From Antedon mediterranea (lineage: Eukaryota > Animalia > Echinodermata), in assembly GCF_964355755.1 (NCBI RefSeq), contig NC_092676.1:20974871-21038870 (forward strand): 64,000 bases of DNA, in the 5' to 3' direction. Positions within the stretch are counted from its first letter, which is position 1; every line of letters starts with the position of its first letter. Positions 1-10,259 of the stretch are shown one piece after another. The position numbers were made by a program, and so were the translations under genes. The notes below the pieces were generated by a model, which was not told where the DNA came from, searched no databases, and saw only the letters and a program-made list of their open reading frames with translations.

Positions 1-496
1 ATAATTTAAAAATATATAAACGTCGTAGTGGTGTATCGTTACATGTACTTTACTATTTCAATCGACTATGACAGTGAGAGTTTTAACAAAGTACCGTATT
101 AAATCGTAAATGTTTTACTGTATTTAGTGGTATATTATTTATAGGCCTATAAAACATTAAAAACAATATTTCGTTACTGAGTAGAATATATTTTAAAATA
201 TTTCCTCTTTGTACCTATCTTCTTCCCCCATCCCTCAACCCTTAATGTTACATACAAAACACAAATTGGGTTTGTTTAAATGAGTCCAAATAAAAAAATT
301 TGACTCATTTTGTTTCTCTCTCGGAAGTAATTCCCAGGGTGCTAATTTTGGTTGACTACATAAATCATTGTGTATATTTATTCGTTTCTGTAAACGACAA
401 TGTATTATACCGTAGTCCCGCGGTACGTACATTTGAAATCTCCATTTTTTTCTCGCTGGAAATACTGTGTATTCGAGAACCATCTGTGGGCACGAC

Positions 497-533
497 CTAG
501 ATGGTACGCGAGCGAAGCGAGCGTGCCATCTAG
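497..533 (+). mobile_element. Helitron-like 3' terminus (GC-rich hairpin ending CTAG)
   Basis: CTAGATGGTACGC...GCGTGCCATCTAG inverted repeat around CGAGCGAAGCGAG, ending CTAG followed by T; 5' end not located. Confidence 0.4.
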
Positions 534-561
534 TAGGTTAAATTAAATTAGGTTACATTAA

Positions 562-905
562 AGATGTATTGTCCCCCTGGAAAAATAATTCTTAAAAACA
601 TTTTTGTTGAATATTCCATTTTAATGTAACATAATAGTTATCCACTTGGACTAAAAATTGGATCGAAAAAAAATGTATTTACCTGAAAAAATGTAATTTA
701 AAGCAAAACATGGTCAAATTGGCTGCCAGCCAATGGATTTTTGGTGGAATTTAACCATTTATTTTGTCATTTTATAATTGAAAACAATATTTTTTCGTTT
801 TTTTTTCTATGGAAGTGATTAACTTTATTAAAACTACAAAATAACATATTCAAAGTTTGATTGAATTAATCCTCATTTTTCATGTTTTTGGGGAACAATA
901 CATCT
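562..905. mobile_element. Non-autonomous TIR element (MITE), TTAA-flanked, Kolobok-like
   Basis: TTAA|AGATGTATTGTCCCC ... GGGGAACAATACATCT|TTTA; same family at 4580-4806 and 57249-57506. A TTAA target with purine-purine termini fits Kolobok. Confidence 0.75.
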
Positions 906-909
906 TTTA

Positions 910-1575
910 GGAATTTGGTCTGAAAGTAAAGAAGGAAGGTTTACAGCGTGTCAAAGCTCATCCGTGTTATGCTTGCCAACACTATCAATGATATACTTAA
1001 CATGGTATTTAACATTATGTCACCATTGTATGTTAGCGGTTGAAAGATACCTGGCAGTGTTTCACCCATTTTATCACATTGGAAAAGTAAACAACCGCAT
1101 GTTAATGAAGTGGATATTTGCTTCATGGCTTTTTGTATCTTCTACACCTCTTCAAGTAATATATATCCAGTATCCTTTTGATATGTACTTGCAAGCAATA
1201 ATACCAACAAGCATGTTGATGATGCTTTGCTTCATTCATTTTCGAATCTTTGTTAAAAGTAGACAAACTTTGCGTCAAATCGCAGTGACACAGGTGTCGC
1301 TTGAGGATTCTACTGCCGCAAATTCTAGAAAAAACTTCAAAGCTATAAGAATGACTTTGTTGATTCTGATTGGTTTTATATGCTGTGTTTTTCCCGCTGT
1401 TGCGATAAGTGTACAGACACTAACTGGGAGCTTTCAATGTGCCAGTATGCTGGTAGGATATGCTTTGTTTTATTTTAATTCAGCGCTCAATCCAATTATC
1501 TACATTGCTTTAAGTCGGCCATTTCGAGAGGGATATGTTATAATATTGAAAAGAAGATTTCAATTTGTTAAATGA
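910..1575 (+). pseudogene. 5'-truncated rhodopsin-family GPCR (TM3-TM7), paralog of the downstream cluster
   Basis: Open frame from GIWSES (910) through CHH...VERYLAV..P and NSALNPIIY to the stop at 1575. TM1-TM2 are absent and a MITE abuts the frame. It could instead be a spliced gene whose 5' exon lies outside the window. Confidence 0.65.
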
Positions 1576-1913
1576 CTATTAACAAAAGATGGGCATACAA
1601 AGCTGCAAAGGAAACAAAAAAGAAGAAATTAATAAAATATGAAAACCGATTTGTAATCGTATCGCTTACCACTCTGGTAATAAAACGCGATTTCACTCTG
1701 ATCGATATGATGTGTTCCTTGATTGTCAGTTGATATTGGAATCTATAATGTATATGTATGGCTCTTTAATTGCATTTTTGACGAAGACACCGAGTTATAT
1801 CAGATATCAGTTAGTCATAAGCTGCAGTAGCAGAAGTTAGTATAATTAAAGTATTCTTATTTGTATTCTTAATTCTTGATTTATTACTGCAAGTTTTTAA
1901 AGTGCATTAAGTA

Positions 1914-2819
1914 ATGATGACGAACAACACTACCACCAATGAGGATCCAGTACAGTGCGTTTACACCGGTTGGAGCTTGGGCATTTTTATTTTAATCACG
2001 TTAATAATTTTAGCTGGCAACTTTCTTGTTATAAATTCCATTGTGAATATCAATGCATTAAAAACAACTACCAACACACTGGTGGCCAGTTTAGCAGTTG
2101 TTGATCTTTTAACCGGTTTGTATGGCATCCTTCTTATGGCTGTGACTACATCAGAAGGTATTTGGTTCGAGACAGAGGGAACTGCTGTAACGTGCTTATC
2201 AAATGCTCCGTTGTTATGTCTCTTGTGTACATCAATAATGACGTTATTATGGTGTCTTACATTGTTCCACCACGTTCTATTAGCACTTGAAAAATATCTG
2301 TCTATTTTCTACCCATTCTTTTGTCATAAAAATATGACCCAGCGATTGACCATAAAGATTATTTTATTTACTTGGTTGTTCAATATATCTTTAACTCCGT
2401 GGACGGTTATATATCGAAGATCAATACTGTTTAGGTACGCTCAGTCTGTAATTACTGTATCTTTGTCAATTTTGTTTTGTTTTGTTTATATTAGAATTTA
2501 TTTAAAGGCTAAGGAAACTTTGCGCCAAATAGCGTCGATGCAGTCAGCAGTGGGAAACCAAACGAGAAAAATTAGCAATTTTAAAGCGAGTAGAATGACA
2601 TTTCTAATTTTGTTTATTTTCTTTATTTGCTTTCTTCCTGTCAATGTAGTTACTGTAGTGACATTGTTGGGTGTATTTGAATGTAAATTTATGTTAATAA
2701 GTTATGCATTATTATATTTGAATTCTGCTATAAATCCTGTTGTATACGCCATTTGTAGTGAGGCGTTTAGAGATGGATACGTTGTGTCAATTAAAAGAAT
2801 GTTTTGCTGTGACAATTAA
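1914..2819 (+). CDS. Intronless rhodopsin-like (class A) GPCR, 301 aa
   Basis: 7 hydrophobic segments; GN (TM1), LAVVD (TM2), LEKYLSIFYP (DRY-equivalent), CFLP (TM6), NSAINPVVY (TM7). Confidence 0.93.
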   Translation: MMTNNTTTNEDPVQCVYTGWSLGIFILITLIILAGNFLVINSIVNINALKTTTNTLVASLAVVDLLTGLYGILLMAVTTSEGIWFETEGTAVTCLSNAPLLCLLCTSIMTLLWCLTLFHHVLLALEKYLSIFYPFFCHKNMTQRLTIKIILFTWLFNISLTPWTVIYRRSILFRYAQSVITVSLSILFCFVYIRIYLKAKETLRQIASMQSAVGNQTRKISNFKASRMTFLILFIFFICFLPVNVVTVVTLLGVFECKFMLISYALLYLNSAINPVVYAICSEAFRDGYVVSIKRMFCCDN

Positions 2820-3373
2820 TATAGTACGTTTTTTAATTATAGAAAGTGAAACACATTGTATAGTATAAGTATAAGTAGTATGTAAGTATTTAGTATAAGT
2901 ATTAATTATAACTCTCCTTAATTACTCTTCTACCACGAAACCCTAAAGCACCGTATGAAATTCAGGTTTCAATATTCAATTACAACTTTCCTTTTTATTT
3001 CGTATTCACATCCGTACAAGCTACAATTTTAAAGATATAAATATATTTAAAAAAAGACACTGGTATCATTATCATCTCAGGATTATTTTGTAATATTAAG
3101 CAAAAAATTTGATTTACCCTTTTCCAATTTCAAAAAGTAACCGTGTATCTTTAGCTAAGATAATGAAAGCCTAAATTAATGTTGATTGACGTGTTGTTTG
3201 TTTTCTGTCAGTTGATATGGAAATGAATAATGCTTTTGAATATCTTTTAATTGCATTTTCAAATTAAACCTGTTCATCATCGAGATGACATAACGTTATA
3301 CGACTCATTCAAGACTGTAACCAACTAGAAACGTTCGTGATAATCGTGAAATATTAGTGTAAATTACCCAAAA

Positions 3374-4279
3374 ATGACTAACAACACCACCAGAAGCGAG
3401 GATGCACCATACGAACAATGCATGTACACAAGTTGGAACCTGGGCATTTTTATTTCAATAACGTTAATAATTTTACCAGGAAACTTTCTTGTTATATATT
3501 CCATTGTGACTATCAATGCATTGAAAACAACTACCAACACACTGGTGGCCAGTTTAGCAGTTGTTGATCTTCTGACCGGTGTTAATGGTATCCTTTCTAT
3601 AATTGTACTCTCAACAGAAGGTATTTGGTTCGAGATTAACGGAACTAATGTAGTATGTTTATCAGATTCTCCACGTTGTATCCTGTCATTCGCAGCGCTA
3701 AGCATCTTGTGGAGCCTTACATTATATCATCATATTCTATTTGCAGGTGAAAAATATCTGGCTATATTCTACCCTTTCTTTTGTCATAAACATATGACCA
3801 AGCGATTGATGGTGAAAATTATTATTTCAACTTGGTTTTGGAGCATAGCTGTTTCGCCGTTTATGGTTATGTATCGAGCAATACCATTTTCTTTGTACTT
3901 TCAGTTGATTTTAACATTATTTGTGTTTGTATTGCTGTCTTATGTCTACATAAGAATTTACAGAAAGGCTAAGGAAACTCTGCGCCAAATAGCGTCGATG
4001 CAGACAACAGTCGGAAACCAGGCGGGAAAAATCAGCAATTTCAAAGCGGCTAGAATGACGTGTCTAATTATGTTTATTTTCTCTATTTGTTTTACTCCTG
4101 TCAGTCTGATGAATATTTTGACGTTAATTGGCCAATTTGAATGTAAATTTGTATTAATAACGTATGCGGTACTATATTTAAATTCTGCTATAAATCCTGC
4201 TGTATACGCCATTTGTAATCAGACGTTTAGAAATGGATACGTTGTATCAATCAAAAGATTGTTTCCATTAAACCGGTAA
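3374..4279 (+). CDS. Intronless rhodopsin-like GPCR, 301 aa, close paralog of 1914-2819
   Basis: Same motifs (GN, LAVVD, GEKYLAIFYP, NSAINPAVY); long stretches of nucleotide identity to the previous gene. Confidence 0.93.
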   Translation: MTNNTTRSEDAPYEQCMYTSWNLGIFISITLIILPGNFLVIYSIVTINALKTTTNTLVASLAVVDLLTGVNGILSIIVLSTEGIWFEINGTNVVCLSDSPRCILSFAALSILWSLTLYHHILFAGEKYLAIFYPFFCHKHMTKRLMVKIIISTWFWSIAVSPFMVMYRAIPFSLYFQLILTLFVFVLLSYVYIRIYRKAKETLRQIASMQTTVGNQAGKISNFKAARMTCLIMFIFSICFTPVSLMNILTLIGQFECKFVLITYAVLYLNSAINPAVYAICNQTFRNGYVVSIKRLFPLNR

Positions 4280-4579
4280 ATATATAAATGTAGCAAGTTT
4301 AGAATCCAGTTTTCATTGCGGGTACCGATAGATCGATGTATGTTATTTACTTGTCTCTTGAGACAGACGGATGCAACAACAAAAATCAGTGACCGTGTTC
4401 ACCATTCACACTTTGGCTAGGTGGAAACACTTACCAATACAATTTCAACAATCTTCTATCTATCTAAGTGAATAACATTTAAGGGAAATACTCATATTTA
4501 TTGAGTTAAGTGAAATATTCAATATTTAAGGAAAGTATTTCGCAATATTTTGTTGTTACCGCGATAATACGTACTTTAA

Positions 4580-4806
4580 AGATGTAGCCTATTGTCCCCC
4601 TGAAAAAAATGTTTACCTCAAAAAACTAAAATTTAAAGCAAGGCCATATACATGGCTGCAGTCGCATGCTCAAGTTAGGGTTTACCGACCAACCAACCGA
4701 CTAAAAATAGTAAAATTGGCTCCCAGCCAATTGATTTTTAGTTAAATTTAACCGTTTGTTTAGTCTTTTTATAAGTGAAACGTTGATTTTAGGGGACAAT
4801 ACATCT
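4580..4806. mobile_element. Kolobok-like MITE copy containing a nested HINE-like fragment
   Basis: TTAA|AGATGT..ATTGTCCCC ... GGGGACAATACATCT|TTAA; the internal ~4637-4705 segment resembles the reverse complement of the element at 16932-17013. Confidence 0.75.
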
Positions 4807-6921
4807 TTAACACGCGAACTTATCGAATATGTTCCTTATAAAAATAATTCAGATGTGAATTGTAATAGTTTATTACGTTTATTTGTTCATGTCACAGATA
4901 TACACACCTAATGTTTTACACTTTGTTTAAATAAATTAAATTTTTAGTACTAGATTTAGTTCATTATGCATAATTAGGATTTTAATTTAATAACAAATTA
5001 ATTAAACAATCGTATATTTTTCAATACAAAAATACTATTAATATTTTACTATGTTGTGACTCAGATTTAGCAGATTGTTATTATTACTATCATCAAATCA
5101 GTTACTTGACGTAACAGGTAAATTATTACTGTATCTTAACATTATTATTGATATGTTTTATAATATAGAAAGCAAGCACAATTAACACAAATATTCGTTA
5201 TCTCAGTATTTTGTCGTTGTCGTATTTAGTCACCAAATAAAATGTTTGTGATAATAATGTTTACAAAAATAGAACATAAAATAAAATGAACAGCAACGAG
5301 ATAGTGTATAATTTTCTATTATGAGTGATATCGATTATTTCTATTATAAAATAGAAAAATAAGTGCAACCGATTTCTACAGTCTATAGTCTTATTGGCGG
5401 CGATTTAAAAAAAATGTTGACATTATGTGTCACACCTATAATTGCATTGGGACTGATTTTTTTTTCGTAGATGAGTTATAAATGCAAAACAAAATTATGA
5501 AGTATTCATTTCATACCGAACATCATTATATCTCAATGCGCATGCCAAATCAAAGTGCAGTGTCTTCATCCATACCCGATAAAAAAACATGTACATTTTG
5601 GTAATTACAAGTTTGTCAAAGATAATAAACTAATTGCTAAAATGTTCAGAATAACGAATCATATTTAATTGAAAAGTAATATCAGAAAATTAACGAAAAA
5701 TCTTTCAATCATCTTCTAATTACAGTACCAATATTTTTTATTAAATGCTGTAATTCGACACGAGTTTTGACTACGACAAAATAAATATTCGAACAATGAT
5801 CGATACCTTAAAATCTTTTATTCACTTGAATATTGTTTCCACTCTGTATCAATCTCTGGAGTACACACTTAAAACACAATTAAGAGTATAGAGTTTCCAT
5901 CCTTATTATTCTATCTAAATCTAAAACATATATAAAATACTAATAATGATTATAATAATGAACGAAAGAAATATAATACAATCCAGAATTCGGTACGTGT
6001 ATCTTAAATTTACACGCTATTTTTAGATGATAAATTTAACTGTAGTAAATAAAGGCTGCTTTTAATAGGTTAATGTCAATTTATTAAATGTTTGTGCCGT
6101 GTGTGTTAATTTGTTGACCATTTTTTTTGTAATCCTATTCTTTACTGTTGTTATAGCTACCATTACCGTTTCTAATCACCGATTGCGTTTATACGGTCAA
6201 TAATATTAATCGGATTTCTTAAAACCTCATTAGTTTCTTATATAGTTGTATAAAGTAAGGCCTGGATGTATATAGTAGGTAGATCTAGAGTTGGATGATT
6301 TATCTTGTAATGGTTGTATCGTGCATCACATCAAGGTAACTCCGCCTAAACTACAGGATCTGATGAATATCCAGCTATAGTACATTTATTAAAGATTTGA
6401 CATTATTGTAAGCTATTTGATGTAGTATGCCTGTCTAGCTCCAAATTGGGTAAGAGTTTGCAGACAACTCAAACTTTTGAGTTGGGTTAGGGCGGACTCA
6501 ACAAGTTTTTCTTATTTAAATGGACTACTTAACTTGATTTGTGTCCGTTTGAGATCTAAATGTGGAGCCGTCTTTAAATTATCAGATGAACAAGGATTGC
6601 TTTATTTTTGGGGATTACAGTTCAGTATTGTCAAGTCCATTGCAGCATCTTCGAAAAAATGTTTTTGTTTTTGTTTTGTAGTTTGAATTGATTGTTTACA
6701 TTAGACATTATTGTTGAAGGTTTAGGCCTATATGCAATTTCCAAAATTGATATTGATTTTGAAGTATCAGGAAATTGAATCAGATGTCAGTTTCCATTCA
6801 TACATAACAACTTTGCCAAAAGGCTGAAATACGGTAGTTATTATATTTCAGGAGAACATTTTTATTCTGATTATGAATTGTGTGGAGTTAAAATCGTACA
6901 TTTTCTTCTAAATTGTTTACA

Positions 6922-7833
6922 ATGACCAATTACTCATATATAGACGATATTGGTGAGAGTCAACAATGCTTCTATCCAATTTGGTGTTTGTTGATTCTAG
7001 GTATAACAACAGTACTTGTTATTGTGGGTAATGTTCTAGTAATACTCGCCGTCTTCTCAACTGACAGTCTACAAACCGTGACCAACACGTTAGTTGTAAG
7101 CTTGGCGTTTGTCGATTTCTTGTCTGGCTTGACCGGTTGTCTGATCATAGCGTCAATGGCAACAGAAGGAATCTGGTTTGAAAACGACGAAGGAACAACT
7201 TTAATATGTCCTACCCTATCTCCACTATGCCTCACATCATTAGCGTCTTCTTTCACCGGACTTTGCTTAACAATATACCATCATGTACTTTTAGGCCTAG
7301 AAAGATATTTGGCTATTTTTCATACGTATTTTCATCTGGAAAGAATCAACAAGCGATTGATGCTGAAGATTATCCCTCTCGTGTGGATTTCAAACTTAAG
7401 TTTAATTCCTTTGGTTCCGTATTATTACGCAGAACCTTTGGTATTATACATTGAGATTGCTATTGGAGTGTTTGTGCTGACGCTACTATGTTTCATGCAT
7501 TTAAGGATCTTTGTTGAAACTAGAAAGACTGTACGGGAAATAGCAGCAATGCAAGTATCTAACCACCAAGACTCGAAGAAACAACCCAAGAAAAACTATA
7601 AAGCTATCAGAATGACGTCATTTATTATGTGCGGTTTCTTCTGTTGTTCTATCCCCATTACTGTAGTCAATTCGTTGACCCTTTTAGGTTTATTTACGTG
7701 TAATAGCATATTAATATCTTACGTTTTATTTTATTTTAATTCAGCTTTGAATCCAATAATATATGCGGCTTGTAATCAATCGTTTCGGAAAGCTTTTATT
7801 ACAATAATAAAAAGAAGATTTCTGGATTATTAG
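6922..7833 (+). CDS. Intronless rhodopsin-like GPCR, ~303 aa, more divergent paralog
   Basis: ATG at 6922 (MTNYS...); GN, LAFVD, LERYLAIFH, NSALNPIIY; EGIWFE loop shared with the cluster. Confidence 0.92.
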   Translation: MTNYSYIDDIGESQQCFYPIWCLLILGITTVLVIVGNVLVILAVFSTDSLQTVTNTLVVSLAFVDFLSGLTGCLIIASMATEGIWFENDEGTTLICPTLSPLCLTSLASSFTGLCLTIYHHVLLGLERYLAIFHTYFHLERINKRLMLKIIPLVWISNLSLIPLVPYYYAEPLVLYIEIAIGVFVLTLLCFMHLRIFVETRKTVREIAAMQVSNHQDSKKQPKKNYKAIRMTSFIMCGFFCCSIPITVVNSLTLLGLFTCNSILISYVLFYFNSALNPIIYAACNQSFRKAFITIIKRRFLDY

Positions 7834-8071
7834 CACAATCTTGTTGAAACATCATACGAAATTGAGCTGATTGGTGATATTTATACGCATTTAACACGTG
7901 TAGTAGAACTAGATATAACAACCCCACATAGTAAAACGAAAGTTTAAAGTTGCAGAGGTTCAAAACTTATTAATTTATATAAAATATTCACCAACAATTA
8001 CTTCCTTTTAGAATAGATATAATCTCATTTCTTTTCATAAAATTAAAACGTATTTAAATGTTCGTATCTTA

Positions 8072-8190
8072 AGCTCTGTCTACACTATCAAACTAGAAAA
8101 AAAAAGTGTGATGTGCCCAAATATAGTAGTGATATATGGGCACATCACATTTTGTTGTCACATAAAGTTTGATGGCGTAGACAGAGCTTA
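8072..8190. mobile_element. Short MITE family with TIR GCTCTGTCTACACTATCAAACT (PIF/Harbinger-like)
   Basis: Terminal inverted repeats, TAA/TTA flanks, internal CACTACCATATTTGGGCA units; further copies at ~17845-17990, 41702-41812, 44778-44926, 47908-48045, 59945-60080. Confidence 0.75.
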
Positions 8191-8839
8191 AGACAGGACA
8201 TTTTTACTTAATTGAGAAATCCTGTATAAATATATCTAGGCCTATATAGTACATTTTCATAAAACAGTAAAACATTGGGATTTGTCTGTTGAGCATGCAA
8301 TAATGTTATGTCATCATATTAAAAAAAAACATATTTAGTGTGCTTATATGCTTGTTTATTAAGATAATGTGTATTGATTATATTATTAATACATGTTTTC
8401 ATCTGTTGAAGATTTAATGTATAAAACATGCAGTGCATATTAACGATTTGTAATTTATTGTCAGTAATTTAATCTGAACATTATTGTTAGTTTTTTTAGA
8501 TTTTCTTATAGTAAGTACTACTTTTTTAGTTTAGATAAACTTCATCGGTGTGTATAAAATTTTGATGTATTTCGAGTAAATACTCCGGAAAATATTTCCT
8601 AAGAATCGAATTATGTTCTTCCAATCATACGAAACTGGGCTTCAAGTCTTCCCTGCTGATATCAACATACTACTCGACTCTCGGTGTTCATTTTAAAAAA
8701 TACAACAAACAAAATTTGTTTGTTGTATTTTATTTAATAAATTTATTTATTTAATAAATAAACAAAAACACTCGGAAACTGAGTGAAGTACTTTGCACAA
8801 TATTGTCACAGAGGGCGCATATTTATATTTTGGCCCATG

Positions 8840-9663
8840 TTTTTAGTCGCGTGGAAGCGACTCTATAGTTCACTATGTCGGTCGGTTGGTCGGTCTGTCT
8901 GTCTGTCGGTCTGTCTGTCGGTCTGTCGGTCCGGTATCACTATGCGTTTTATCGCTTTCTGACCTTATCTTGATATCAGTTTAATCTAGCTAGGTCAATT
9001 TTTCACAGTATATTCCTTATGGCCAGGAATCAATGTGGTTATGTTTTCACGGTGCGCAATAAAAAATCACGCGGTCTACGCACGATTTAACGAAATCTCG
9101 TTTGTAATCATATCTTCACAACCATGAATCACAATTAAATAAAATTTGGTACTCATAAATTTCAGGACATAAATCATCATATGGCAATACAATTACGTGC
9201 GTAGCGCATGTAACGCATGCGTACGCGCACTTAAAATTTTCAAAATTTATTTTCGATGAAATAAGAGTACGTTTCAGGCCATTTTAAGCGTTTACAAAAT
9301 TGCCATGAGTGCGCATATTTTTGCGCGCGCACTGCGCGTTAAATGTTGTTGCGCACTCTTTTTGCCCGATTTCTGTTTTCTTGACTTACTTTTCAACTCG
9401 AAATTACGTTATACGAGCACGTCAAAAGTGACAGGCTACGCACGTGTAAATTAAAAAAATATAAATGTTTTTAACATTTCAACATTTTTAAACATGTTCA
9501 GTAATTTCGGTCAGTATAGTTCACTATGTCGCTCGGTCGGTTTGTCTGTCGGTCTGTCTGTCTGTCGGTCTGTCTGTCGGTCTGTCTGTCGGTCTGTCGG
9601 TCTGTCTGTCGGTCCGGTATCACTATGCATTGTAGCACGCGACTTAATGGCTGTTGGCCTTGT
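8840..9663 (+). mobile_element. DINE-1/HINE-like non-autonomous Helentron element
   Basis: T-rich ends, subterminal inverted repeat AGTCGCGTG / CACGCGACT, 5' partial IR (AGTCGC..GCGACT), two GTCG/GTCT microsatellite blocks (8877-8930, 9528-9613), short 3' end GGCTGTTGGCCTTGTTTT. Confidence 0.75.
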
Positions 9664-9907
9664 TTTATTTGTGAAGTTATTAATTAACCGATTTTCTTGA
9701 ATTTTAATAGGTATGTTCTGTAAGTATATACCTATTTACACCAACATTTTGAATGATAACTTGAAAATTTTCGGTGCTATAGTGCAAACAAATAAACAAA
9801 GCAAGTACTGTACTTAGTAAGTAAAATATATATATAAAACCACTCATAGTAATGATTACTGAATAATTATTATGCATTTAATACACGCCAAATCAATAAA
9901 GATACAA

Positions 9908-9923
9908 TAGCGCCCTCTAACGG
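9908..9923. promoter_or_regulatory. CTCF-like motif TAGCGCCCTCTAACGG upstream of the Frizzled-Kunitz gene
   Basis: Reverse complement CCGTTAGAGGGCGCTA resembles the CTCF core; the TAGCGCCCTCT core recurs upstream of the TBC and RPS10 genes. Confidence 0.45.
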
Positions 9924-10259
9924 AATTCTTTATTAACTTAATTGAGTTGGTAAGCGTAAAGCACACTTTTGTTCGCAACAATTCACAAGTAAAACTCAAC
10001 GAAACAATCTGTGATTGAAACTCGTCGTTGGAAAAGTATTAGGATAACAATATAGGTCAACCACCGAATCAACTACATTGTTAGCATTCATTGTTTACCC
10101 TTTCGTCACTTGTGTACAAAGTGTGTGTGTGGCATCAAAAGAAAGTTGAAAATACAGTTTACGGAGTGGATACGTCACAGAAAGTAGCAATCTTAAATTC
10201 GAAGTCTTTTTTAAACGTAGGCCTATCGTTACAGTTTTGCGGTAACTAATCTTTTCGCG

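Noticed and set aside
3364-7454. Antisense and alternate-frame ORFs over the GPCRs
   Set aside because: Shadows of real coding sequence with no independent motifs.
9494-9700. 68-aa ORF with SVGL/SVCR repeats
   Set aside because: Translation of the HINE-like element microsatellite.
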